A stretch of 64,000 nucleotides of DNA from a virus (lineage: Duplodnaviria; Caudoviricetes), in IMG/VR virus record IMGVR_UViG_3300043773_000356, positions 1,067 to 65,066 of that record, one strand, 5' to 3'. Of this stretch, positions 19,023 to 28,615 are shown piece after piece (position 1 is the first letter of the stretch; every line of letters starts with the position of its first letter). Made by a program: the position numbers and the translations under genes. The notes beneath the pieces were generated by a model that was not told where the DNA came from, did no database searches, and saw nothing but the letters and a program-made list of their open reading frames with translations.

Positions 19023-19682
19023 TTACAGTCCGGTTGGGTTGTAGTAGGCATGACCACCATCCACGACAGATCCTGTTACGTTCGGTGCATTGAACTTAAC
19101 AATAGCTTCTGGGTAATAAGTCGTACCACTATAATCAAACGCCGTATCCGGCACCAAGTCAACAATTCGCAAAGGCAAAGTTGCCGTTACAGCAGCGGAA
19201 CTCAACAAAATAGCCTGTTGTGAATCGCCAGATGTGGTATTAAGTGTGTTAGCCACCAAAGCCACATTATTGTTGATATTGGTGTAGGTTAGGCCCGTGG
19301 TCGTTGAAACAACCGTTGTACCTGTCACTACAGCAACTTGGAACAACTGATCAGGATCTTCGCAGACATAAGCATAGATAAAGGTGTTTGCCTTTACCGA
19401 AGTGCCACTAGTCCACGATTGTGACCAAGTCGGTTGACCTGTAACAGAAGAAACAAACTGACAGCCCAAGAACACACCAGCAAAGCCAGTAGCGGGGCCA
19501 GTCGTTGTTTCCGTGGTTACTGCAATGGTGCCGTCGTTAACAAACTTGACAGGGTCACCGAAACCAATGCTAGAAGCACCGGATGCGATACGACGCTGAC
19601 GAGTTGCCCCGGCGAACACCTGACCACCGATCAAATTGATCGGCTTTAGCCCGTAGGGGGCTGAAACAGTCGGGTAAGCCAT
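19023..19682 (-). CDS. Capsid cement/decoration protein
   Basis: APYGLKP...GVFLGC...DPDQLF; directly upstream of the major capsid gene. Confidence 0.6.
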   Translation of the reverse strand: MAYPTVSAPYGLKPINLIGGQVFAGATRQRRIASGASSIGFGDPVKFVNDGTIAVTTETTTGPATGFAGVFLGCQFVSSVTGQPTWSQSWTSGTSVKANTFIYAYVCEDPDQLFQVAVVTGTTVVSTTTGLTYTNINNNVALVANTLNTTSGDSQQAILLSSAAVTATLPLRIVDLVPDTAFDYSGTTYYPEAIVKFNAPNVTGSVVDGGHAYYNPTGL

Positions 19683-19695
19683 TTTGGATTAACTC

Positions 19696-20172
19696 CTACG
19701 ATTGTTGATTACCGCGCCCAAATGAAACCGTGGTTTTGCGCTCTGAAAACAGAGGCATCCTTGGATCATTTTCACGCATGAAGTGATTGTCAACAGATCT
19801 GATTTGCGCTTCAGCTTGCTTTTGATAGAAGTCGTTACGCTGATTAACCATTTCTGTTGGCGTTTTGCACAGTAACAATCCACCCACCACAACATTATCT
19901 TTAAAACGAGCATTGTCATTATCAAGATACATCGAGATTTCGGGATGGTCTTCTGCGCGAACAGGCTCCCAACCTTCGCGGATTTTGGATGACACATTGC
20001 GTGGGTCAGCTTGACCCAGCGTACTGACACGAATCCAACGGTACGTATACCCTGCTTCAGGAGCAGGATCGGGCAGCAGCGTGGGCGGTGCCCAGCTACG
20101 AGGACGTTCATCGTTGGCGCGAGTTTGTTGCTCACGTCCTGTGCGAGTTTCAGCTAATTTATTCTCAGCCAT
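19696..20172 (-). CDS. Conserved head-module protein
   Basis: WAPPTLLP...YRWIR...REGWEPV...GGLLLCK. Likely ATG at 20172. Confidence 0.7.
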   Translation of the reverse strand: MAENKLAETRTGREQQTRANDERPRSWAPPTLLPDPAPEAGYTYRWIRVSTLGQADPRNVSSKIREGWEPVRAEDHPEISMYLDNDNARFKDNVVVGGLLLCKTPTEMVNQRNDFYQKQAEAQIRSVDNHFMRENDPRMPLFSERKTTVSFGRGNQQS

Positions 20173-21109
20173 TTTGTGCCATTCCTTCCGCCACTTTTCG
20201 GGCATAAGCATCTAGAGGGATACGTAACTTCTTAGCAAGCGCCACCTGCGTTTGTGTCAGCGTGATTTTCTTCGGGGCAACGCTGCGACTTGCCGGGGCT
20301 ACAACATTACTGCTCGTCCGTTTCGGTTTCTCCTCTGTCTTCTCTTGCTCATCAGAAAAGCTTTCGGGGAACTTGCTACGTACAGTCTTATTAATCTGCT
20401 CGTAATAATGCTCCGAGCTAGGATCAACGCCTTCTTCGACTAATTGTTCATGCAGCGCCAGAGTGAAGGCAGTCATAAGTCGGTTTGGCCCAAACCACCG
20501 ATTTTGCTTTCGCCACGCAAGTGCTTTGGGGTCCGGCTCATTATCTGGAGCGGATTGTGGTTGCATATTTACAGGAATTTCACGTTCCTGTAAAGGAGGT
20601 GCCCTAAAGTTTTCAACTTTATCAAGCCTAAGCTTGGCTTGTGTCATTTCTTCTTGAGCTGCAACAATCTGATCAGCGTCACCTGCGTCATATGCGGCTT
20701 TATATTTAGCTCGTGCTTGAGCTAACGCATATTCAGCATTTTGTTTTGCTGTACCTACAAGAAGTGTCGTGTTGTCACCAAGATTTTTCTTGAGGTTTTT
20801 ATTCTCTTCAATAATCTGTTGAGCAAACTTCAACGCCTCTTCACGTTCACGTAAAGCTGCTTCTTTAGCTCGACGCTCGTCGTGGTATCCATGCGACAAC
20901 TTTTTAATTCGCTTCTGAACACCCTCGTCGTATTTAGAAAGCTCGTCATCAGTTACTTCATTGACAGGCTCATCAAGCGGTTTACGTCCTTTATCAGGAT
21001 CAGGCGTGTCGTCAACAACTTCAATGTCAAACTCAACGTCGCCTTTAGCTTCTTTTTCAGGCTCACGTTCGTCTGGGAATTTATATTCCACCTTTTCAAA
21101 ATCTGCCAT
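20165..21109 (-). CDS. Capsid scaffolding protein
   Basis: Acidic N-terminus, coiled coil VQKRIKKL...RRAKEAALRE, W...N.WFG and a LTQTQVALAKKL C-terminus. Confidence 0.7.
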   Translation of the reverse strand: MADFEKVEYKFPDEREPEKEAKGDVEFDIEVVDDTPDPDKGRKPLDEPVNEVTDDELSKYDEGVQKRIKKLSHGYHDERRAKEAALREREEALKFAQQIIEENKNLKKNLGDNTTLLVGTAKQNAEYALAQARAKYKAAYDAGDADQIVAAQEEMTQAKLRLDKVENFRAPPLQEREIPVNMQPQSAPDNEPDPKALAWRKQNRWFGPNRLMTAFTLALHEQLVEEGVDPSSEHYYEQINKTVRSKFPESFSDEQEKTEEKPKRTSSNVVAPASRSVAPKKITLTQTQVALAKKLRIPLDAYARKVAEGMAQNG

Positions 21110-21117
21110 ATATCACC

Positions 21118-21495
21118 TCACGCACGTTGAATGCCACGGGGGTCTTCCACCACAGCTTCGACGGAATCATCGTTAATAATCCGAAACTCGCGGTCGTGAA
21201 TCTTGATGCGAGTGCCGGTGTTGGCACGGGTAATAATAAAATCCCCTGGTTTGCACCACGGCCCCGTGGGGAATCGGTTCTGATCGGCGTACGCCATATC
21301 ACCAAGTGCTACAACGAAGAGCACGTTACTTAGTAACTCTTCAAACTTAACGGTAGCGTCTGCCTTAATAATCCCACTATCAAACTTATTTTCGATGTTA
21401 GGTAAGGTGCAAAGAATCTTATACCCTTTAACAATCGGCAATTGCTTGGCTTTTAGCTGAACGTCTTCAATCACAGCTTGAGCTGCATCAGTCAT
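21118..21495 (-). CDS. groES: GroES-like co-chaperonin
   Basis: P..GYKIL...SGII...VVALGDMAY...WCKPGDFI...FRIINDDSVEAVV. Likely ATG at 21495. Confidence 0.75.
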   Translation of the reverse strand: MTDAAQAVIEDVQLKAKQLPIVKGYKILCTLPNIENKFDSGIIKADATVKFEELLSNVLFVVALGDMAYADQNRFPTGPWCKPGDFIITRANTGTRIKIHDREFRIINDDSVEAVVEDPRGIQRA

Positions 21496-21691
21496 TTTCA
21501 AATTCCTCATAACGTTGCACAAGGTCTTGTACTTCCATCCTTGCACGGCGTAGACCTTGGATTACGCCGCACAAATTCTTATATTCAGCAAAGTCTTTAC
21601 AACTTCCTTCAGCCATCGCATCACTTACTTCCCGCTCTCGTTCTTTGAGTTTGTTAAATAAGTGATCCAGCATTTGCCGCTCATGAGTCAT
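21488..21691 (-). CDS. Hypothetical protein
   Basis: Helical; YKNLCGVIQGL; coupled to the portal gene. Confidence 0.7.
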   Translation of the reverse strand: MTHERQMLDHLFNKLKEREREVSDAMAEGSCKDFAEYKNLCGVIQGLRRARMEVQDLVQRYEEFEND

Positions 21692-24078
21692 TCAGTGTTC
21701 CTTTTTGTCATCACAGATTTAAGTAAATCAGCCTGAATTTTTTTATCGGCCTGTCGGTTCTGGTTCATTAACCGCACGTTTTCCTTCTGCGCGTCAATCT
21801 GGATGCGCTTATCCTCGTTTTGCAATCGGGCAGTAGCGAGTGCGGTATCAGCTTGGTCTTTCTGGGCTTTGCGCTGCTGTTCCATCATCTTGATCTGAAG
21901 CTCTTGCTGCTGCATCTGAACTAGCGGGTCTTGCGCCATCTGTTGTGCTTGCTGTTGTGCAGCTTGAGCTTGATGGATCTGTAGAACTTGCTGGGCTGCT
22001 TCTGCTACATACTTAGCCATAGCCAGCTCTTCGGCTTCTGGGATTTCTTGCTCCGGCCCAGGCAACGGTGCACCAACACGCTGTTCGATTTCTTGACGGT
22101 ATCTAAACCCTAAGTGCTCGGCAACGTGAGCCATCATTGCAGCTTGCATGGTCTGTGCCATTGGATTCTGGCCTATGGTTTGCATGATGCTTGGGTCTTG
22201 CAAGAAGGTCATATGTGCTGTGATATGCGCTTGATGATCCTGATATATAAACGCTTTGACTGGCACACCTTTGAGCACATTCATGTTCTCGGTTATGGGA
22301 TCTTTGGGCTTCTGATCATCTGGCAGCGGTACAAGTTTGTCTGCGTTAGGAATACCCAGCACATCCAACATCTGCCTGTGAAGGCGGGGCATGTCGTATA
22401 ACTGAGGAGCACCTTGGGCTAGTTGTAAAGCGGCTTGATACTGCACAACCCGCTGAGCCATTGTCGAGGCGTTGGGATCAGACACAGGAATAACTTCTAC
22501 AATATCGTAGTCCTCAGCCTTAACCTGCGGTGTGCCATCTTGCGGCACATAGCTGTAATCAGGTGAGGTGTACTCCCTGATAATTTCTTTTAAGAGTTTG
22601 AACTCTTCTTTCATCGCCGCATGGATGCGAGCCTGCACAGCACCCATCGTTTTTAACTGCCGCTCAAGCAGAGCCAGCGTCGTACCTACCGGAGCCTGAC
22701 TCGACATATCGCTGATCTTCATATCAGCCATACCACTGAGCCTTCGCGCTTCTTCGGTGATCTGGTTTAGTAGGGCGAGGAGAACCTGACTTGGTTCTTT
22801 ATAAGGCAACGGCAGAATGTTGTCTCTGATCGCACCCCCCGGCACGTCCACATCTCGCCATTCACCCGGAGCGATAGGCGTGTCATCGCCTTTGATCCGC
22901 AGCCCACGAGCCTTTAACCCACCGGGAAGATTAGATAGCGACCCTGCGTCCACCAACTGACGGATCAGCATGGTGCCTGCCGTGGCGTAGCCACCGATAA
23001 TGTGAATTAACCCGAAGCCATAAGCCCCGAACCCAGGGATGTACATATAGTGCACAAAGTGCTGACGCGCACGTTTTTGAGGGTCGTCTTCTTTATAGTT
23101 ACGTCGTATAGCTAAAACTTTGTTGGTGTTTTTATCGATAGTGATGACGTAGGGCAGTGGCAGTTCTTCCTCATACCCCGGCAAGTCATACTCGATATGC
23201 ACCTCACATATCTGATACCGCTCATCTTTAGTCGGCTCTTGACCTTCCTTTTGCGCCTTGGCTTTCTCAATATCGGTCTGACTGGCGTAAGGCTCACCAA
23301 GATCAACATCCCGATAAAACCCACTTACCTGTAACTTCTTAACGTCATTCTTAGTCTTACGCATGATGTGCGTAAGGCGGTCTGTACGTCTAATGTTTGT
23401 TACACCGTAGGGAAGAATGACATCCTCGGCAGGGATATAAAACGAAACTTGGCGCTCTAACGATGGGTCGTAGTAGACCTTTTTAAATGACGAACCTGCA
23501 AGCGCCACACCCCATAATGCACGTTCGTGCTCTGACCGATACTCAGGCATCTTGTCAGTTAGCTGGTAATTCATATCAGCCTTAACACGCTTACCTGCTT
23601 CTTCAATATCAGGCGTAAACTGACCAATAATCTGTGTCTTTACGGGACCAGCAGCCGGGAATGTCTCCATGATGGACTCGCTTTGGAAGCGAATCGCTGC
23701 TTCAGTTAACAGCGTAGAGAACACCCCACACGCACCATCCCAAGGCTCAGTTACCTCGTCATAACGTAGGCCCAGCACATCCAAGCCCTTAACGTAGGTG
23801 TCGGCCCAATCCTTACGCGAAGTAATGTCCGCTTCAACCATCTCCATCACATCGCTAGCAACTTTCTGTAAGTCACCTTCTTTCATGAACTCGGCTAGAT
23901 TAGAGTCAAATTCTTCTTCCTCGTCTTCATCCCCCGGCTCAATCTCAAGCTCAACACCACCCATACCAATCGTTACGGATTCAGGGTCTTCGATCTCAAT
24001 CTCAATAGGAGCTTCTTCAAGCGCCAAGGCTTCAAGTCCTTCGGGCATCTCGTACAGTGCTTTATCAATAGCCATCAT
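21688..24078 (-). CDS. Portal protein
   Basis: 796 aa after the terminase; GSSFKKVYYD, PGFGAYGFGL, QLVDAG.LSNLP.G and a Gln-rich barrel C-terminus. Confidence 0.88.
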   Translation of the reverse strand: MMAIDKALYEMPEGLEALALEEAPIEIEIEDPESVTIGMGGVELEIEPGDEDEEEEFDSNLAEFMKEGDLQKVASDVMEMVEADITSRKDWADTYVKGLDVLGLRYDEVTEPWDGACGVFSTLLTEAAIRFQSESIMETFPAAGPVKTQIIGQFTPDIEEAGKRVKADMNYQLTDKMPEYRSEHERALWGVALAGSSFKKVYYDPSLERQVSFYIPAEDVILPYGVTNIRRTDRLTHIMRKTKNDVKKLQVSGFYRDVDLGEPYASQTDIEKAKAQKEGQEPTKDERYQICEVHIEYDLPGYEEELPLPYVITIDKNTNKVLAIRRNYKEDDPQKRARQHFVHYMYIPGFGAYGFGLIHIIGGYATAGTMLIRQLVDAGSLSNLPGGLKARGLRIKGDDTPIAPGEWRDVDVPGGAIRDNILPLPYKEPSQVLLALLNQITEEARRLSGMADMKISDMSSQAPVGTTLALLERQLKTMGAVQARIHAAMKEEFKLLKEIIREYTSPDYSYVPQDGTPQVKAEDYDIVEVIPVSDPNASTMAQRVVQYQAALQLAQGAPQLYDMPRLHRQMLDVLGIPNADKLVPLPDDQKPKDPITENMNVLKGVPVKAFIYQDHQAHITAHMTFLQDPSIMQTIGQNPMAQTMQAAMMAHVAEHLGFRYRQEIEQRVGAPLPGPEQEIPEAEELAMAKYVAEAAQQVLQIHQAQAAQQQAQQMAQDPLVQMQQQELQIKMMEQQRKAQKDQADTALATARLQNEDKRIQIDAQKENVRLMNQNRQADKKIQADLLKSVMTKRNTE

Positions 24079-24092
24079 TAACCCCTAACAAA

Positions 24093-25658
24093 TTACCCTA
24101 AATAATATCCACGCTTGTGCCCACGCGCCCCACGGAAATAACGAATGTCATCAGGCTCATCAGTGGGAAGGCGCAAAAACCCTCCCTCCCGAAACCGCAT
24201 CAGCGCCATTGTGGTCGTGTCCACCAAGTCATCATGACTCATGAACGGGAATCCAGCAACTTCCTCCACCACCTCTTCAGCCCAGCGTGTCTCGGGCACC
24301 CACACCAAACCCTGCCTGATGATGTCAGCTACCGAGTTAAGTCGGGCCAATTTATCACCTGTACCTCGGTGTGGGGTGTACTCATTAACTGAAATACCCA
24401 TGCGCCGGAACTCTTGGTAGAGCGCCGTACCAGAAACTTTCTTCTCAACAATGAACGCATCGGGTTCCCACTCCCGCCACTGCTCCATCGCCAGATCCTT
24501 AAGATCAGGAAATTCGACCCTTTTCTTGATCGCGTTGAGTAAGATGATGTGGTAACCCTTCTCCTCTTCATTATTCCAAACCCCCCACACAGTTATAGCG
24601 GTGAAGTCCGCACGGTTATGTGTTTCTGCTGCGGCATCTAATGTAAGGATGATGTAATCACAAACAGGTGGATCTTCTTTTTTCCAAACTTTCCACCACT
24701 CACGCTTCACTACCGACGCTTCTTCAGCCGTGGGGTTCTGCTGGTACTGTGCATTCCACTGGAATAACGGCATCGACGCTTTTGTGCGATGCAAGGCAGT
24801 AAGGTCAAAGAATTCGGGCCAAAGGGGTTTTTCTATTAATTTGTTTGGATCTGAGGGACTTGGCGTTTCTAATATGGCAGGGAACTCAACAACCCTAAAC
24901 TGATCTGCCAATTCAGAGTTCGCCATATCCTTAGTTACCCGACCTGTCAGGTCGTCCATATGCCAGCGGGTCTGCACAATAGCCACCCGACCTCCCGGCA
25001 TCAAGCGGGTTCTGGCACCAAACGTATACCACTCATAGGCTTTCTCGAAAACATCGAAATTGCCATTAATAATGTCTTGCTCGTTATGGGGGTCATCAAT
25101 TAAGAGCAGGTCAGCGCCACGGCCAGCAAGAGCAGAGCCAACACCACAGGCAAAATACTCACCGCCAGCATTAGTATTCCATCGGCCCGCAGATTTAGAA
25201 TCAGCCGCAAGATCAACCGTCGGAAAAATCTCCTTGTACGCATCACTTGCGATCAGGTTCCTGACCTTCCTCCCAAAATCAACGGCGAGATCTGTGGTGT
25301 GCGACACCATCAGGATTTTCTTACTGGGAAATTTTCCCAGAAACCATGCAGGGAAGTAAATAGAAACAAGCTGACTTTTGCCATGCCGAGGCGGGATATT
25401 CACGCACACCCGATCCTCTAAACCAAGCGCGGTTTTCATTAGCAAGTCAGCCAAAAGCCGATGGTGTTTCCCAACCTTGTAATCCGGCTGCATGTGTTTA
25501 CAGAATTCAATTAAATCGTTGCGGCATTTCGCCGCTTGCTTGCGTTTTGCCAACTCATCAGCAACTGCTTCGATTTCTGCCTGTTCTTCGGGGGTGAAGT
25601 TGTGCAGATTCTGCAAGAGAACAAGAATTTCCGCTTCAGTAAGCGTTGTCAGGCCCAT
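24093..25658 (-). CDS. terL: Terminase large subunit
   Basis: Walker A PPRHGKS, Walker B LLLIDDP, QTRWH, YQQNP, and RNase H-type nuclease LDAA...HDDLVD. Confidence 0.95.
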   Translation of the reverse strand: MGLTTLTEAEILVLLQNLHNFTPEEQAEIEAVADELAKRKQAAKCRNDLIEFCKHMQPDYKVGKHHRLLADLLMKTALGLEDRVCVNIPPRHGKSQLVSIYFPAWFLGKFPSKKILMVSHTTDLAVDFGRKVRNLIASDAYKEIFPTVDLAADSKSAGRWNTNAGGEYFACGVGSALAGRGADLLLIDDPHNEQDIINGNFDVFEKAYEWYTFGARTRLMPGGRVAIVQTRWHMDDLTGRVTKDMANSELADQFRVVEFPAILETPSPSDPNKLIEKPLWPEFFDLTALHRTKASMPLFQWNAQYQQNPTAEEASVVKREWWKVWKKEDPPVCDYIILTLDAAAETHNRADFTAITVWGVWNNEEEKGYHIILLNAIKKRVEFPDLKDLAMEQWREWEPDAFIVEKKVSGTALYQEFRRMGISVNEYTPHRGTGDKLARLNSVADIIRQGLVWVPETRWAEEVVEEVAGFPFMSHDDLVDTTTMALMRFREGGFLRLPTDEPDDIRYFRGARGHKRGYYLG

Positions 25659-25660
25659 GA

Positions 25661-26329
25661 TTACCCTTGCTCACCCACTTCTACCGCATCTTCCTCGTCT
25701 TTTACCCCTAAAACTTCTTTTACGTCGATCACATCCCCACCTAAATCGACTTTACTGTCGTTATCAAGCAGTTTCTGGAGCTTTTCACGCAACTTAGACT
25801 CTAAATCAGAGGTCGAACGGTGATTAATCGTCACTTCTGAGCGTTCTGTAAACAAACCAACGTCGGAAATCTTACCTAATAACTCTAATGCGCGAATCCG
25901 AACCTTGGCATCAGGGTGGACGCTCTCTTTGATAAGCCTGTTGGTCACTAAACGACGCAGTTCTAAGGCATTTGCCACTACCTGCTGACCCCAAACATCC
26001 AAAATACCCCGCAGCTCCAGCAATTCTTCGGGTTTATCAGGCAGTTGAGGCTGCACTTTGGCATCAGGTAACGTCTGAGCCAGCGCATTGAGGGTTGCAG
26101 AGGCGGCAGATTTTGCCGCTTTCTTCGTTTCCGGGTCTGTTTTTATGGGTAGCCCATGCTGGGCCAGCATATCTGCGGTATTACACGCAGCCTTTGCACG
26201 TTCCACGATGTCTTTGAACTGCACATCATCGTTCAGTTCAATAAACGGCACCCCAAGATCAGGGTGGCAAATAATATTAGGTGGTGTTTCTTGTGTTTGT
26301 AGGTTCATCGTTGTCGGGAAATAGGGCAC
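25661..26329 (-). CDS. Putative terminase small subunit
   Basis: Immediately upstream of terL; RIRALELLGKISDVGLFTERSE. The start may instead be the ATG at 26308. Confidence 0.6.
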   Translation of the reverse strand: MPYFPTTMNLQTQETPPNIICHPDLGVPFIELNDDVQFKDIVERAKAACNTADMLAQHGLPIKTDPETKKAAKSAASATLNALAQTLPDAKVQPQLPDKPEELLELRGILDVWGQQVVANALELRRLVTNRLIKESVHPDAKVRIRALELLGKISDVGLFTERSEVTINHRSTSDLESKLREKLQKLLDNDSKVDLGGDVIDVKEVLGVKDEEDAVEVGEQG

Positions 26330-26348
26330 CGAAACAGATTTTATGCAC

Positions 26349-26376
26349 TTTATACAGTAATTATTTATTTTTGCAA
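26349..26376 (-). promoter_or_regulatory. Late-operon promoter TTGCAA-N16-TATAAA
   Basis: -35 at 26376-26371, AT-rich spacer, -10 at 26354-26349. Same geometry as the 18052-18079 promoter. Confidence 0.55.
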
Positions 26377-26731
26377 GGAGGTTGGGACTCCTGACGGGGG
26401 GTGTTTCCTATAAGAGGGGGTGGGGGTCGGATTGGCGGGATTTGAAAAGTGAGGTAGTTATTCGTCTGGAATAGCAACACCTAGCCGCGCGATGGAACCA
26501 AGCTGGCCTTGGGGGGGTGCGGGTACGGTGGGGTCGCGGTCCTGACGTTTGCGCGGGTGCTGCTGGTCGATGCTTGCGTGATGCTGCTGGCCGGGTTTGA
26601 TGTTATACGATATAACGCGTGCCTGATAAAATAATCTAGTTAAATGTGGCAAAGTCTAGTAAATAGGCGTTCAATACGACTTATCGGATGTCGAGCAATC
26701 GCTCTGCCCGATACTTTGTGGAGTGACTATC

Positions 26732-27307
26732 ATGTCCAAGTCTACTGTTGTTTCTTTTTCCGCTAACACCAAAGCTCAATTTGCTAAGACGGTCCCACTA
26801 GCATTTTCCGCCTTAGATTTACTCGATAAGGCGAAAGCCAAGGTTGAGTCGGTTAGTTGGGTTGCTGTGGCTGATTCTCTCAGGGCTGACGGGTTCCACG
26901 CCGAGTCGTTCAAGCCTACTGGCGACAAAACCGAAAACCCTGCAAGGTCCGGGGTTCGCATTTTGATCGAAGGTAACTATCCAAAGGCTTCGCAGGAATT
27001 GATTGCGAAGGATACAAAAACCCTTAGCCAAAGCCAGAAGGATAAGCGCAGAGCCCTTACTCAACGCTGGACCGCATTACTCGCCAAGATTACCGATGCA
27101 ATGGCAAAAGCCGAGGGGAAAGAAGACGCTGCCAAAGAAGACGCAAAGTCTGACGATGAAAAGGCTTTGGACATGATCAAAGCTTTGTTATCGCACCTTC
27201 AGGCTGAAGGTAAGACATGGAAGGTTGTTCGCCGGGATGACGCAGTGCGAAGCCTGAAGATTGCTCAGGCAGCAATCGAGGGCGTGAAGCTTGCAACTAG
27301 CAAGTAA
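26732..27307 (+). CDS. Hypothetical early protein
   Basis: Ala/Lys-rich ORF with a GGAG RBS before the ATG at 26732. Confidence 0.7.
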   Translation: MSKSTVVSFSANTKAQFAKTVPLAFSALDLLDKAKAKVESVSWVAVADSLRADGFHAESFKPTGDKTENPARSGVRILIEGNYPKASQELIAKDTKTLSQSQKDKRRALTQRWTALLAKITDAMAKAEGKEDAAKEDAKSDDEKALDMIKALLSHLQAEGKTWKVVRRDDAVRSLKIAQAAIEGVKLATSK

Positions 27308-27314
27308 TTAACCT

Positions 27315-27342
27315 GAAGGCTGTTATACGTATAACAGCCTTC
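27315..27342. repeat. Perfect 28-bp palindrome containing operator variant
   Basis: GAAGGCTGTTATAC|GTATAACAGCCTTC. Confidence 0.9.
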
Positions 27343-27362
27343 GCCTTTTCTAGGGGATTGGA

Positions 27363-27449
27363 ATGGATAGGATGGATTGTTTTGTTATGGGTTACATGGT
27401 TGCCATGTTAATCGTCGTAATCATGCTTGCATGTTATGGGGTAATTTGA
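27363..27449 (+). CDS. 28-aa single-TM peptide
   Basis: MDRMDCFVMGYMVAMLIVVIMLACYGVI. AGGGGA RBS; stop 1 nt before the next ATG. Confidence 0.5.
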   Translation: MDRMDCFVMGYMVAMLIVVIMLACYGVI

Positions 27450-27450
27450 A

Positions 27451-27678
27451 ATGGACATCGAAACAATTAGCAAGGTTTGGCCGAGCATCAAAGCTCGGAT
27501 TGTGCACAATCAATATGGTTCGCTGATTGTGTTAACCGGAAAAAATTCTAAGGTAGTTGCTAATCATCTAGCACGCGAAAATTACCTGAACGGGTTTACT
27601 AACACCCGTTGGCGTGATGTACGTTATGGGCTCGGTTATGCTGTGCCCCTATACAATAACCCGTTAGATAGCATCTAA
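27451..27678 (+). CDS. Hypothetical protein
   Basis: ORF followed by a terminator. Confidence 0.6.
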   Translation: MDIETISKVWPSIKARIVHNQYGSLIVLTGKNSKVVANHLARENYLNGFTNTRWRDVRYGLGYAVPLYNNPLDSI

Positions 27679-27684
27679 CCAAGG

Positions 27685-27706
27685 CCCGCCTCGGCGGGTT
27701 TTTTTT
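27685..27706 (+). terminator. Intrinsic terminator
   Basis: CCCGCC-TC-GGCGGG followed by T8. Confidence 0.8.
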
Positions 27707-27723
27707 CGTCCTAATTTTTTGAG

Positions 27724-27754
27724 TGGCAAGCTGCTAGCAGCTTGCCATTTTTTT
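27724..27754 (+). terminator. Second terminator-like perfect 24-bp palindrome
   Basis: TGGCAAGCTGCT|AGCAGCTTGCCA followed by T7. Confidence 0.65.
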
Positions 27755-28083
27755 CGCCCATTGTCAACTGTTATATGTTCTAGAACTTATATGTTATACC
27801 GTATAACAAACCCCCTGATACCAGTGACAGGGGGCGGCGGCGAGCATCCCAGCAGCGGCGACGGCAGTGAATCCCCAAAACATAGCCACGCAATAAGATG
27901 TTATACCGTATAACATTTTGGGGTGAAACCAGTGACAGGGAGCAGCGGGGAGTATCGGCATGGGACCAAGCGAATGAGTCAAATGAAGTTTTGGTTCACA
28001 TACTATCAATACCTAGTACGCTTCACCACTAGCTACCATAATTAGCCACAATCTGTAGCCTTCAGATTCTATTAAATTTTATG

Positions 28084-28104
28084 TATATATATATATATAT
28101 ATAT
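28084..28104. repeat. (TA)10 microsatellite in long non-coding region
   Basis: TATATATATATATATATATAT. Confidence 0.9.
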
Positions 28105-28410
28105 TGAGTAATAAGTATGAGTTTTTAGAGGGTCTAAAAACATTTTTTCCCCGAGGTTCCCCCGAGAGGTGCCTTGACCCCCCAAAAACCGAAAAAATCC
28201 TGAGATACCTCAAAACCCGTACACATTGGTAATTCCCATACTTCAAGGACTTACGTCCATCGACCCCATGCACTATCACAACTCTACACCCCTACACACT
28301 CTTAACCACTTTCTACACCCCATTTTCCCCTCCATACCCACTGCAACTTCTACCACCCGATACCATCCCTTAACACCTTTTTGCATACTTTATGCAACGC
28401 TTCCAACCCC

Positions 28411-28439
28411 TTGACAAATGTTATAAATTGTGGTAAAAT
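28411..28439 (+). promoter_or_regulatory. Strong sigma70 early promoter
   Basis: TTGACA-N17-TAAAAT with extended TG. Confidence 0.85.
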
Positions 28440-28615
28440 GGGGGTGTTGTACAAGCAGTTGAGAAGCAGTAGTTGACGAGTAGTTGAGTGCCATAAATGG
28501 TTATACCGTATAACAAGCCGTTCCTTTAATTTTTCTCACCGTCTTTTCCGTTTTTGATTTTGTTATACCGTATAACAACTCTTTTTATTTAATCTTTCTG
28601 GGGGTCTACACCATC

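Noticed and set aside
27315-27342. Protelomerase (telRL-like) site
   Set aside because: No protelomerase or tyrosine-recombinase gene was recognised in the window.
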